Assembly (NCBI GenBank): GCA_964247055.1
Contig: OZ176056.1
Coordinates: 3,348,001-3,412,000, forward strand
Reading direction: 5' to 3'
Source: Paragordius varius
Taxonomy: Eukaryota > Animalia > Nematomorpha
DNA: 64,000 bases
Of this stretch, positions 13,050 to 25,751 are shown piece after piece. The stretch's first letter is position 1. Each line of letters begins with the position of its first letter. A model generated the notes under the pieces. It was given only the letters and a program-made list of their open reading frames with translations. It had not been told where the DNA came from and ran no database searches. Position numbers and translations under genes: made by a program.

Positions 13050-13637
13050 TGAAGCTAAATTTTATTAGTAACAATTGTGAAAACCGGGTGGCTTATAGTT
13101 TATGTAATTTTATTTAACCTTCTTATTAAAATATTTAAACACATTTTATATAATTATCTATATATCATTTAATGAAATATACATATATAAATCGGTAAAG
13201 AGGTTTTTTATTTATGATTTTTTTCGCATTCGATCGATAAGAAGATCTTGCAGTATCTAATGTTAAAAAAAACCAGATGTGCTTTCACATATAGCAACCT
13301 AGAATTTGATTATTTTTTTAATTTTTTTATAGGAAAATAGTTTGGTTGCAAACTTTTTACGTTATGTGAAATTACATATTAGAATTGAAAAAAATGTTGG
13401 TTTATAAAAACAGAATCTTATAAAAACGAAGTTTATGTATTACAGAAAAATGTGTTATCCTTTCTATTCTAGCTCGATTTTAAAACAAACTTTCTCTTTT
13501 CTTCTTATTTTTTTAAAATCAGCAACAACATTTAATATCTGTATTGTTTTATAAAACTATAAATCAGAGTAAACAATTGTTTAGCCCCGGTTTTTTTCTT
13601 AAGCTAATATCTTTTTTCATATTCTACAGTTGATTTT

Positions 13638-16600
13638 ATGCTAAATATTAAAATGATTTTACTCCCGTTACTTTTGGTAACGGTATTTAACGGTGCTGGC
13701 GGTCAATTCAATTATCCTAGTCATTCGGAATATGGAATGCATGAACCTTATCCACATGTCCCCCAAAATTTACCTAGAGGAGGTGCTTCCCGTCAACCCG
13801 TATACATATATTTTTTATTCGCACTTTTTTTTCTTTAGCGATTTTTAAGAGGCTTAATTAAATTGTTTTTTTGGTTAATAATTAATTGGTTTGTACAAAG
13901 ATATTACTGTGTAGGTTAAAATTAAAAAAAGTTGTGATAGATAATAGAGTCGTTTTGAAATAAAATAATTATACTGCTAATATATATTATCCCTCGTACT
14001 ATACTACTTTGAAAAATCCTTTACATTTAAGGTTTTTTTATTATTAAAAATCAATCGTAGGGAAAAGTTTTAAACACTTCATTGTACTAGATCCCTGGAT
14101 AGGTGTCATAGGCATCTTTGAAAAGTATTTATAGTGATTTTATCAAGGGTCCTAAGCAAAAAAAGTTGAGAGTTAATATTTATATATCTGTAGGACGTTT
14201 TACAAATAAGATTTTACTTAAATTCATAACCAAAATAGCGTTCTTATTAATCTTTTCAGTAAAGTATATAAAAAACAGGTATATCCTCTATCTACATTAC
14301 CAACATTTTTAGATAACAATATTAGTATAACAATTTTATAAATTGATGTTTTAAAATTTCCAAAACTTTTTGAAATATTTTCTTTGCTCTAAAAAAATAA
14401 AAAATCGTTGACACACAGTAGGCAACTGTAAAAATTCAAACTATGATTTGGTGTAATTTTCATAACTATGCAATAGTTTGTTATATATATAAAAATGTAA
14501 TTTATTAGAGTGGATTATTTGATGGGCCAACGGATGAGGATCAATGCGGACATTGCTTTTTCGATCGCTGTCCGCGACCCGAAAAATGCGAAGCTGGTAT
14601 TACTCGGGATATGTGTGGATGTTGTTTCGTTTGCGCTCAAAAACAAGGTAAAAAAAAATTATATATAAAAAGTAAAAAAAATTCAAATTGACGTAATGGG
14701 TTAAAAATAACAAAAATACTTATTAGACGCAATAATTGATGGTCAGTGGAACCGAAAGCGAAAAATATTTAATTTTAGTATTATTGGTGTCCAAATGTTT
14801 AAAAATCATTAATTTTATGATCTAAAATTTAATATTACCAATAAATGTCCGAAACGGCGGATTTTTTAAAATATTATAGTGTAACAATGTTGTGTTATTA
14901 TCCTATTTTTTAAGGTGAAAAATAATAATATTACTCTGTGACAATCTCGATATTTCATAAAATTTAACCATATTTTAATTAGTGTAGGGTTGTTTTATAT
15001 GTCATAGCGATTCGAAATTATCTTAAAGTATTAAAGGTATCAAGCCGAATTTAAAAATATGCTTTCTTTAGCTTTTCAGGTGGAAATTTTTTTTAATTCA
15101 ATGTAAAATTGTAAAATCTTTTCAAACTTTTTTGTTTCCATTTTTTATGTTATTCTTTTAAATCGCTAATAACAGGCAAATGAATGTATATATGGTTAGT
15201 AAATGTTAATAATTAACTTTAAAAGGCTCCATCTAGCAAAAACCTGATATATTTGGGTTTAATAGGCTGTTTGTTTCGATCGTGAGCTATCCCAATTTTA
15301 GACTCTAGAAGTTACAAAACTGTAAAAATATGCTTTTTTATCAAATATAATTTAATAACTTTTTAAAACTCTAGTTTAGAAATTAAGCTCTGCGATATCA
15401 AAACTACCCAAAAGATGAACTAGGATAAAAGTGAAAATATAAAAGCGTTAAAAAAACCTAAATATTTCTTTTTATCACCCAATATTTTTATATCATTATC
15501 AATTATTATTAATTAAATGTATATGGAGAAAAACATAAATCTAGAATTCCGTTTAAATTTGGTACCGTTCAGTTTTCGGAGATAAATATTATATAAAAAA
15601 ATTAATTATATTTGATTTAAACCTCTCATTTGCTTCGCGCAAAGGTTAAACGACACACAAATATACAATTATTTTGGAAAATCAAAAATCTATTTCGCTT
15701 TTTAAAATTTCGTTTTATAATTATCTATCATTAATTCTTAATCTATCGAAAAATATGATATACTCTAAAATTTTAGATATAGTTAAATTTTTAATTAATT
15801 TTACGAAAATTATCCATTTTATATTTTTGTTCGTTTGTTGTTTTAAACAGGCCAATTATGCGACGGGCCATCTGTAGCCGCTGGTCACATGCCCGCAAAA
15901 CACGGGACTTGTGGGGAGGATTTAGAGTGTCGCCTTCGTGAAGACGTAGTCACTGATGATAATAACCCTTTGTACAGGCAAGGTAACTTTATAACATTTT
16001 TTTATTTTCTATATTTTTAACAAAAATATGAAATATTTATTGGCAAAATTTATAAAAAGCGATTACCCAAGTAGTATTTGAAGAAATGTAATTCAAGTTT
16101 GATTGTAAATCAAATATTTTTTACATAATTTTTAGATAAAACTTTTTATTAGCAGAAATTTAACAAAATTTGTCATCCTTTATATAATTAAAAATTGATG
16201 TATATTTCGGAAAAAAAAAGTTTTAAAAAGTATGGTTATTTTAAAATATTATTCTTTAGTTTTTAAATTTTGTCTGCATAATTTCAATTTTTACTGAATA
16301 TATCTTTCAATATTTATATTATAAACTATAATAAAATCTTTTATAAATCTTTATGAAAAAGGACGGGCCATTCTCGGTGAGCCACAATACTTGTGTTATT
16401 GTAAGCACACTCAAACCCTGTGCGGAAGTAATGGGAAAACGTATGATAATTTATGCAAACTTATGGAGGATGCCTATAGAGATCATGAAAAAATTAAGGT
16501 TGAATCTCGCGGACCTTGTCAAAGCTGTAAACTATTAACTTATTTAAAATTAAGTCTAAAGAGCAATTTTAGTTAAAGAATGGAATTAAAATAGGTTTTT

Positions 16601-18076
16601 GGGAAACTAGAGCATAGGAAACATTGTAAAAACCGTTTTTTACTGAAACGGTATGAAAATGTGTTTTTGGAACCGTAATCGTGGATTAAAATTTTTAGTA
16701 AAATCAATAAGATCTTATCATCGTCAATAACCTTTGACGCAATTTTTATCCGTATAATTGATGGCTTTCACTTTTTTGATTTAAAATATAAAATTATTAA
16801 TATCAATTGATTCTTCTGGCTGCCTATGTTTTTTGGTCAATTTGTCTTTTATACGACACATTTAAATATTTTTAAATTGAAAATTGATAAAATGAAACCA
16901 TTTCTCAAACAAACAATGGAACCGGTAACCCAAACTTTACGTTTCGACAAATTGGAACCAGAACTGAAATCAATTTTTTAGAAAATATTTTTCTCAGCCT
17001 AAAAAATATTATAAGAGACTGGAATAATGATAAACCTCCTGATCCCAGATTTTATTATCAGATAACATAATCATTCGGTAATTAATTTTTTTTCCATTTT
17101 ATATTTACTATTTCCAATAATCAATTGTTTTTACAATTTATGTTTAAATGTAAGCAGAGCTTAAGATTTTAAAATTTATTAGCACCATGGATACATACTG
17201 GCCCCGAGAATGTTTATAATGAAACTGGTTCACAAGTTGCCCTTATTTGTGAAGTTAAAGGCTACCCAATACCTATCGTTGAATGGTTTTTCCATGGTTC
17301 AAATGGGAAAAAGGTGGCTTTACCAAGTATGAAACAATATCTATATAGTTGATTGATTTACCTTTATGTCTATATTTGCAAAAACTATGTTAGAGATTTG
17401 GAAATTTATATATGTTTTACAAATGATCTGTCTAATCACTTTTATAGGGTCTAACAAAATTGTAATTGATCAATAATAGGTAAATGTTAGGTTTGCCAAA
17501 GATAGAAATTAATTATTTTTTAATTCATAAAAATCTCAATTTGACTTATATAATCTGAGAAGTTTGGGAAAAACATAACATTTCAATATGAAAATTACTT
17601 TTTGTCATTAATACAACATTATTAGTAGGTAATGTTTGTACCCAATCCATAATATGTCTTTTTATTAGTTGACTTCCTATTTAATCTTATTTCATCTTAA
17701 ATTAGACCGTAAAAACTATAAAGTATTTTATACAACATTTTTATGCAACAATTTTAATATTATCTTTAAAATATGTTAAGATGATGACAATCATGTGGCT
17801 GTTTTAGCCCGTGGAGGTCCTGAAAAGTATGAAGTTACTTCATGGCTTCAAATTCAAGGTTTGTTAGACGCTGATGATGGAGAATATACTTGTGTCGGAA
17901 CGAACAAATATGGTGAAGTTAACTCTACCGCTCGTTTGCAAGTCTTTCAAAGAGGTTTTTATTTAAAAAATCATATGTAAAGTTGTTTTTTAAAAGATTT
18001 TATTTATAAATATCTAATCATTTTTTATTTTCTTATAATAGGTGATCCAAGGTATAAAAGATATGCCGAACTATGA
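13638..18076 (+). CDS. IGFBP-related protein (IGFBP7/KAZALD1 type): signal peptide, IGFBP, Kazal and Ig domains; 7 exons, 316 aa
   Basis: Exons 13638-13799, 14509-14647, 15851-15982, 16362-16526, 17183-17326, 17781-17954, 18042-18076. IGFBP motif RDMCGCCFVCAQ; Kazal LCGSNGKTYDNLC; Ig LICEVKGYPIP..W and DDGEYTCVGTN. All phases are compatible. Confidence 0.93.
14720..15420. repeat. Old dispersed repeat, related to about 50520-51025
   Basis: Shared blocks such as CTAGAAGTTACAAAACTGTAAAAATATGCTTTTTT vs CTAGAAGTCTCTAAACTGTAAAAAATAAGCTTTTTT and AAAAACCTGATATATTT vs AAAAACTTGATATATTT. Ends are not defined. Confidence 0.45.
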
Positions 18077-19042
18077 AATTAAGAATATCCGGACGCATTA
18101 TTACATAACCTTTTCAAAAAAATCACTTTAAAAGTTTAGAAATAATACAAATTAATTATTATGATTTTACATCAATTTTCATTTGATTAGCACCCTGCCA
18201 ATTTTAAATTTGTACCCTTTAAGTATTTGTGTTGCATTTATAATACTTTCAATATCCCTGGTTGTCTTTTTCTACTTTAGTATAATTTTTAATTTAAAAT
18301 TTTCTGCCATACAACACTTATAATCTTGTCAATTATTAACAGTTATTAATTTCAAAGTTTTTATATTATTTAGATTCTATTATATTTATGCAACAAATAA
18401 ATGTTTTTCTGATATTATTGGAAGTCAAAATTCATTAGGTGTGCGGCAAAATAAACAAATAATTACACATATCATTGGATGGCTAAACTCAGAATAATAT
18501 ATAATGTCATTGCAGAAAAATTCAAAGTTAACTTTTTTCTATTATTTTAACGGCTTTTATCATTTCGCTATACATAATCCTGAGCCTTTTAGTTATCGAA
18601 CACAAACTTTAAATATTGCGCACAGTGCAAAATTATGACAATAAAACAAAAATAAAATTATTCTAATTGCTAAATTTATTTGATTAGCCAACTATGCAAG
18701 ATATAGTAATAATAAATATATCAATTCACATAAACTAGGACTATCTATAATGTTAATAGCTATATATATACAAGAAATGATAAATACAGTATGATTATGA
18801 ATACTTGGCTAGTTCATGCCTGATAACACACATATACAGTAACGAACAAATAATTGACTAAAATTGCATGTAAGCTATACGGCAATATTTAAAGAAAAAG
18901 TGTAAATGAATGTATGATTACTCATATTGTATCATGAAAAGCTTATAAATGAAAACTCTACATAGCACAAAAAATTTAAGGTATAATAAAAAGAAGCGCG
19001 TCAAAAAGTTTTATTAATCATGAATTTTTTGTTTGGCTACAC

Positions 19043-19861
19043 TTAATATTTGGGCACATAAGGTACTGGTGTAGTGATTTCTTCTCTTCGAGTCGTCCTA
19101 GCTGGTGTTACTCTTGTAGTTCTTCTAGTTCTTCGTCGGGTCGTTCTAGGTCGCATTGTAGGCCTAACGCTCCGAACTGTAATTCCACCATTCCCATTTC
19201 CATTGTCATCGACAACTAAAACTTGTACCAAAGTTGTCACATCAATCGACACCTGATTAAGGATTGTAACAATTTGCGACAATTTACTAACCACTTGGAC
19301 ATTAATGTAGGATATAACTGTAACGTCACACGAGGGGACAACCACATCTACACTGCGTGTCGTGATACCATCACTCCCCCCATCTACAAGCAAAAAAATG
19401 GTCCAAAATATAAAAAAAATAGTTTAAGGAAAGTTAATTCAAACTAAAGGGATTCATGGGCATTTGATACTTATTTGTTTGTCAGATACCTATTAATCAT
19501 ATTGAAATTACAAACAAATACTTTTTAAAATCATTTTGATTTCCAACCATTTTATTCATTGAAAATTCAAAATAAATGGAACTTGAGAAACACCAGTTAA
19601 AAGTTTAAAAAATATGCTTTTCTAAAAAAAACCTTAAAAAATATTAACCTTGTTAAGTTTATTTAAATCGTTGGATTTTGCCCAAGATAAATTAAAAAAA
19701 TTTAGTCGAAAATAAAAAACGATAAAAAAGTAAATTTACATACCTCCATTATCATTGTCTCCGCCATTGCTTGTTACGTCATATCTGGCATGAATTCCAG
19801 TCGAAATACTTAAAGCAAATGTCACTAGAACCAAACTCAAAATAGATGAAAGAAAACGCAT
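19043..19861 (-). CDS. Orphan secreted protein, 2 exons, 152 aa, with a Val/Ile-rich core and Arg/Thr-rich tail
   Basis: Exon 1 19861-19744 (MRFLSSILSLVLVTFALSISTGIHARYDVTSNGGDNDNG, donor G|gtatgt); exon 2 19383-19043 (ttgtag|AT), in matching phase, stop TAA. Confidence 0.85.
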
Positions 19862-20305
19862 ATTTGATATGTTTTTGGCGAGCGAGATTATTAATTTGAG
19901 AAATGTTAGGTTAATATGATACTTATCAAGCGTGCAAAATGAATTTATAATGTTAGAGACAAAAGTTCGCTATTTATACGTTCTTCGAAACCGTATTAAG
20001 GTTTTAAATTGAGCCAATTAACGTGTTTTATTTAACATTTTGCCCGCGGTGGATTAACCACTTTATACATTACTTAATAGGCTAGTTAAATTTTCACATG
20101 AAAATTTGAAATTTATTTAAAATGGTTTCATCATTGTTCACGAGTTTGAATCTAATATTTAGAAACCTAATTTGTTTTTAAATGTTTTGTGTGTATTATT
20201 TACTGATTTAGGCCGGCCCCTTAAGGCATTCCAATCAATGATGAAATCTTGTCAATAATCTTTTTTTGGATATATAAGTCATTAAAAAATTATGTTGTTT
20301 TAGTA

Positions 20306-20610
20306 CAGGGGTGTCCAACACTCGACCCTCCAGACAAGTGCGGCCCGCATAAAATTTTAAATGAATATAAAAAATATGATGACGAATTCTTAGCAAAATT
20401 ATTCTTTTTTTGAAAAAATTTGAATAAGTCTGTAAAAGTTGCAACGAACTGGAATTTATGTTTGATATTTACATTCTTATGTTTGCAATATAATAAACTA
20501 TTTATTAATAGCCATATATATATCCAAATGCGGCCCGCGAGGCCATTTGTCTTATACACCCATGTTTTAAAAAGGGAATTTTACCAAACGCAAGGAGTTT
20601 TGGACCCACA
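20306..20610. mobile_element. Possible degenerate hAT-type MITE
   Basis: Starts CAGGGGTGTCCAAC and has repeated TGCGGCCCGC motifs typical of hAT/Charlie ends; the right end (TTTTGGACCCACA) matches only weakly and no TSD was found. Confidence 0.35.
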
Positions 20611-22316
20611 ATGTTTATTAAACTATTAAATCATGAAGAAATCAGAATTAAACCCAGTTACAAGTTTAGGCATCATAAAAAAATTAATTAGAGCTCTAAA
20701 ATTTATCGGGATTTAAAATTCATCGAAAAGATTGTTGCAAAAAATTGTTGACCTGCTCAGTTTTAAAAAAAAATTCGATTTGAGTTTTAATTACTTAAAA
20801 ATGTGATTATCCACAAGCTGATTTTTCTTATAGTAAATTAATCGGTGATTGGTTTAATACAAGGTTAAATTATTTGCATTGTTTTATTTAAATATCTCAA
20901 ATTTTTCAGACAATTAAAAGTTGATAAAAGCTGTAAAATCTGGGTTAGTTATTAGAACCTTAGCTGCATTCCAGTATAAATCATTAAATATTTTTAATGA
21001 ATAAATTTATAGTGTTAATTAATTTATCATTGTTTAGAAAAATACTAATCCAAAATAAAACCTATGATGTTTGTAAAACCCTGTTGTTTCCTTTGGTTTA
21101 TTTAACCTTAACAATTAAGACTCTGAAAAACAATCAATTTTTGGTAATTTAATTTAAGGAAAATGGAATGGATGGCTTTATTATCAAAAATATATTATTC
21201 AGTATGCAGTAGACAAGCTAGTTAAGTAAAAAACGTCATTAGATTGTTATAAAAATTAAAATCACATAAAAATCTAATAGAATTATTCTTGCATTTATCT
21301 ATCATTTATTGATTTAATCAATTGGATTATATTTTAAGCCGCCGTAATCTTTTTATTCATGCCGCACATTCATATGCTATGTTTTGAAGGTTCTACCATT
21401 TGCCGAAAATTGCTTGATAAAAGGTAGGATGATTTGAGGTTTTCCCACTATAAACGATATATATTATTACCATAAGTTAGTTAATGATATTCAGAAAAAT
21501 TTAAAAAATGCAAATAATTATTAAATAGAGTAAATACTTTTGTCCCAACAAAGAGCAAGCAAAATATCCAGAGGGACAAACCTTGCACGACAGATAATAT
21601 AAATGCCGAAATAATTAATGTGTTTATCAGTTTCGGTGCCATAAATTTGCGTAATTTTTCTGAAAAACAGAAAAAAATTATTTGTATAAAGATAACTATA
21701 AGTTAATAAATATTGTGATATAAGGATATTCTCTTGACTCTAAATCAAGAGATTTATGTAGCGTCTTCGGAAACAAGTTCAACCAAAATCTGCAGTAAAT
21801 TAGCAAGAACAAAATTTTGCCAAATAGCCTAATTTTTTGTATAAAGTCAAAAAAATTTTAATGTTGAAAATCAACAAGGTGTATTGCAAAAACAAGGATA
21901 AAAAAATTTACAATCATTTGGGATTTAAATTAGAGAAAATCTGATTTTACGATTCTTTTGGGTTGTTTTAATCAACATAAGTCCCTTGGGATTTGTGCAA
22001 TCAAATAGCCAATCATATAGTATTGAACTTAAACCATTCATAAATTTTGGAGAAGTGGTTTAAAGATGTCATTTTCTGGGAGAATTTTTAAATCGGATTT
22101 AATGAAATTTATGTTATTATTTTAATATTCGAATTATAATTTTTCACAACGCTAATGACGAGTCTTTTGTACTTAACCAAGACTAAAATAATTTTGTCCA
22201 AATATAAATAAAATGACAAGAAATTCTGGTAATTTAAAATTGTTACCAGACTGGTTATAAACGCCATGACCGTGACTCTACCAAAATATTAACCAATCAA
22301 AATCAAAAAATCTTTA

Positions 22317-24892
22317 TTAAGCGATTAAACAATTATTTGGTGTTAAACTTAAATGGGAGTATAAATAATGAATTATAATTACATCTGATAATATATTATG
22401 TATTATTTGAAATCTAACGTATTTAGTGAATATAAGCGTTAAATACTGTAAACATTGACTTTTTACCGGTTTCGATAAGTTAAATTTCCACCCGTTATAT
22501 ATTCCTGAGCATAGACTTTCAATATCATACGCTTTATTTATCAACTAAAATAGGTACAGATAAAAGGGATAAAAATGTTTGGATTAACAATGTTCACTAA
22601 AATTTTTTTAATTAATAAGTTTTAAAGGGTTTCGATTTGATAAAAGTTGATTTATTAAAACATATCAAGTTTTAAAGAATTTGCTTAATGCACATTTTAT
22701 TTAATGCAAAAAAGGTAAGTCTGTACGTGAAGTTAATCTGTTAAAATGGTATAGATCTATTTATCTAACGGTTTTTCCCTTTAATATATTATTTAGGGTA
22801 GGGTAATAAATATGGATAGTACCCCACGTTTTAACGTATATATTAATAAACATTTATAAAAACTGCATTTTAACAAAAAAAATTTACGGTCAAACTTAAA
22901 GTTCAGTAGCCATGCCAACAAAATATATAAATAATTTTGTTACCATAATAATTGCAAATAAAACTCATTTTTACCCAGGTTGTATGTGAATGCATCTTTT
23001 GAAAGGAACAAAGAGTATAACACAGCTAAATAAGTGGAACTCATAGCGGTTACAATCAAGAAACAGATAAATGACCTAAAATTGGTAAATAAATTAAAAA
23101 CTATCTAATATTTAAGTAACAAATTAATTAAATTTAGAAACTAAAATTTAGTAAAATTAATGTTATGTCAAAAAAATTATCAAAAAATTATATCTTTACC
23201 AAATGTTATGTTTGAAAGAGACGCATGTATTGATCCAAGCACAATGGTGATCATAAGCCTCAACGCATTTATTACAGTATTTGCAGTGTTTAGTTCCCCA
23301 TTCTCTATAAAATAAGGAAAAAGTTTTTATAAAATTAAATTTTATCATTACATTGACTAAAATTTAATTATAGTTGATAATATTATATTGATAATTTATG
23401 AATACTATTTTTATTGATCATATTTGTAAATTTAACCTGTAGTCTGGAATTGAAAGATATTTATAAAGAAAAATATATACACTTTAAAAAATTTAAAACT
23501 AAAGGGTTAGCAACTATTTAGAAAAATTTTTAAACTATTTTTGAATTCAACATAACAATTTACTTTATAGTTATTTATTATTCTTTACCACCAAAATTAA
23601 ATTTATAAAAATTATAAAAATAAATTTTTTTATAAATGCGCATAAACAACACTTGAACTTGGCACAGGTGACAAACGCCATTCTCAATCACATGATAATA
23701 TTTGAGGGAATCAAAAATAGGTACTACTCTTTTTCGATTAAGTTTTGCGACTTCTAAAGGTGACACATCTTTAACACTTGTTGCCACATAAGACAGCGCA
23801 AATAGAATAAAAAATAAATCACCAATCTATATAAAAACATGATAATTATTCTTATAAATCTCATATAAAATTTTGATTATGAGGACTAATGAGTAAGCAA
23901 ATATGGAAAAACATTAGGACAAAATATTTAAATAATTGAAAGCCAATTCTGAAATATTTATTTTATCAATATCTTCAAAATGCAAAAATGAAATTATTAG
24001 AAAAATTTTTTAAAAAAAGAAATATTTTATTAAAGGTACCTTTTCCAACCTTAACCTATAAAATCTAGCTAATTCCAATTTCAAATTACAATGTGAGTAA
24101 GATATTGCAGAGTTATTAATTATTGCCAAATAGCATATACATAAAAGGGCAGTATTATTAACATACAATTATTTTTTTCACTTTTTATTATTAGTCAATA
24201 ATAATTCTTGTTGCATATATGGTAATAATTAATAACTTTCTAGCATTATATACTTACGCATACTGTATATAATGTGTATATTAATTTACAATTACATCTC
24301 TCTATTTCGCAACCCCAAAAGAAGGTGGTTTTATTTTAAACTTTACGTTTGCTTTTTTTGAAAAAAATTGCCATTATTTTTCACTTTTGTCTGTATAATG
24401 TGAATTTTTATTGTAAATTAAATCCAAAATGTTAATAAAAATTATATTTGAGAATTATGATAAAGTAAACCACAAATATAACAATCTGTTGCTTAATTCG
24501 CCAATCATATGGATGAAAGAAAAGATTAAATATCAGAACTTCCAAGATAAAGAGAATAAGAACGAGGCATTGAAAAATGCTAGGAGGCCAACTAAATCCA
24601 TTTATTTTCCGATACTTAGGAGGTTTTGAAACACAACATATCTAACATTTAGGGTTAAATTTAGAAAACATGAAAAATTAAAATATATATCTTATTCATA
24701 AATTGCTTATCAACCCAACCATTTAATTTTTTTTATAAAATAAATAAATATTGATCCATAAGTTTATAATCGATTATGTGGAAAGATGTGAGTAAAATTT
24801 TAACCATAATGTATCTAACCCAAAAGGTAATAATAAATTTATAATATAACTTGAAATATGGCCCCCCAAATGCATTCCAAGGATTTCATCAT
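22317..24892 (-). CDS. DHHC palmitoyltransferase, ZDHHC1/ZDHHC11-like
   Basis: Exons 24641-24483 (or 24471): [14 protein letters not shown]; 23826-23651: [24 protein letters not shown]; 23304-23200: [25 protein letters not shown]; 23075-22975; 22531-22317: [12 protein letters not shown]...[13 protein letters not shown], colinear with ZDHHC1 TM4. The first exon (24892-24851, [14 protein letters not shown]) and the true 3' end are tentative. Confidence 0.85.
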
Positions 24893-25019
24893 AAAGATAA
24901 AAGTATAAAGAAATCAAGGCATGTTTAAATTCAATTTCAAAAAATGTATAACTGGAAAGAAAATATCATTATATATACATATGGATATGCGTAGAATATT
25001 TCAATTCTATATTAATTAA

Positions 25020-25579
25020 CACTTAAATTCAATTTGGGGTATCTAAATACCCCAGACTATATTTAAATTAATATTTTTAACAAACTACTGAAGGAAACGG
25101 TCATTTTTATGCTTCTATCCTAATAAAAATTAAATAAAAAGCCAAAATATCTAAATGAAATTTTGTTTTGAAAAAAAGTTCCATGTCAATCTACTCCGGC
25201 GCCATTTTTATTTTACATATTTTTTAAAATATCATGTTTTTTTGATTTTAACGTTAAAATTAAAGCTAATTGTTTATTTAAAGTACATTTAACATTGATA
25301 GAAAAAAAAGTGGTTTATTTTGTATTATTTTTTAATTTATGCACAATGTTACGTTGACTAAACTTTTACCTTTCAGTTTTACATTAATAAAAGTAATATC
25401 AAGTTTTCAATAAAATATTTTATAAGTTTCGGTTTATTAATTTTATATAGTTGCAAAATTTTGTCATGGTTTTGATTCGTAAAATATTTTTCAAAGTATT
25501 TAATTTTAAACAGGACTGGGGTATCCGAACTACCCCAATTTGAATCGAATGACTAAAATGAATGTGTTTTAGCCAAGTG
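25020..25579 (-). mobile_element. piggyBac-type TTAA MITE, copy D
   Basis: TTAA at 25016-25019 and 25580-25583; family palindromes near both ends. Confidence 0.85.
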
Positions 25580-25751
25580 TTAATAAAATCTAATTAAGTT
25601 TTTAAAGTTAAGGGCATTAAACACAGAATGCAAATATGTATTATATTACATATTATATTTATATAATTTTTATTGACCTCCGAATGGGAGATATTTTTTG
25701 TCAAGTAATTTCTTTATACACTGTGTTTATAAAAATAACTTGTGAAATATA

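Noticed and set aside
12321-13068. Cluster of 75-92 aa ORFs with duplicated peptide sequence
   Set aside because: They arise from the GC-richer duplicated Helitron interior on both strands, with no protein motifs.
22880-22975. Possible 11-nt intron or frameshift giving [14 protein letters not shown] in ZDHHC
   Set aside because: A normal intron 22974-22532 gives a colinear protein; no need for an implausibly small intron.
23827-24000. Apparent long frame into the ZDHHC exon broken only by TAA and TAG, suggesting stop-codon reassignment or A-to-I recoding
   Set aside because: The true upstream exon (GFSWPP) is at 24641-24483 and splices in phase to 23826, so this stretch is intron. Long exons elsewhere contain no in-frame TAA/TAG.
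24429-24629. Plus-strand 66-aa ORF (likewise 2383-2715, 6016-6219, 7842-8030, 19074-19447, 31323-31523, 32469-32747, 39269-39454)
   Set aside because: Each is the opposite-strand shadow of a real exon of ZDHHC, the coiled-coil gene, TAF9, the orphan gene, PPCDC, ATP6V0E or PIP4K2.
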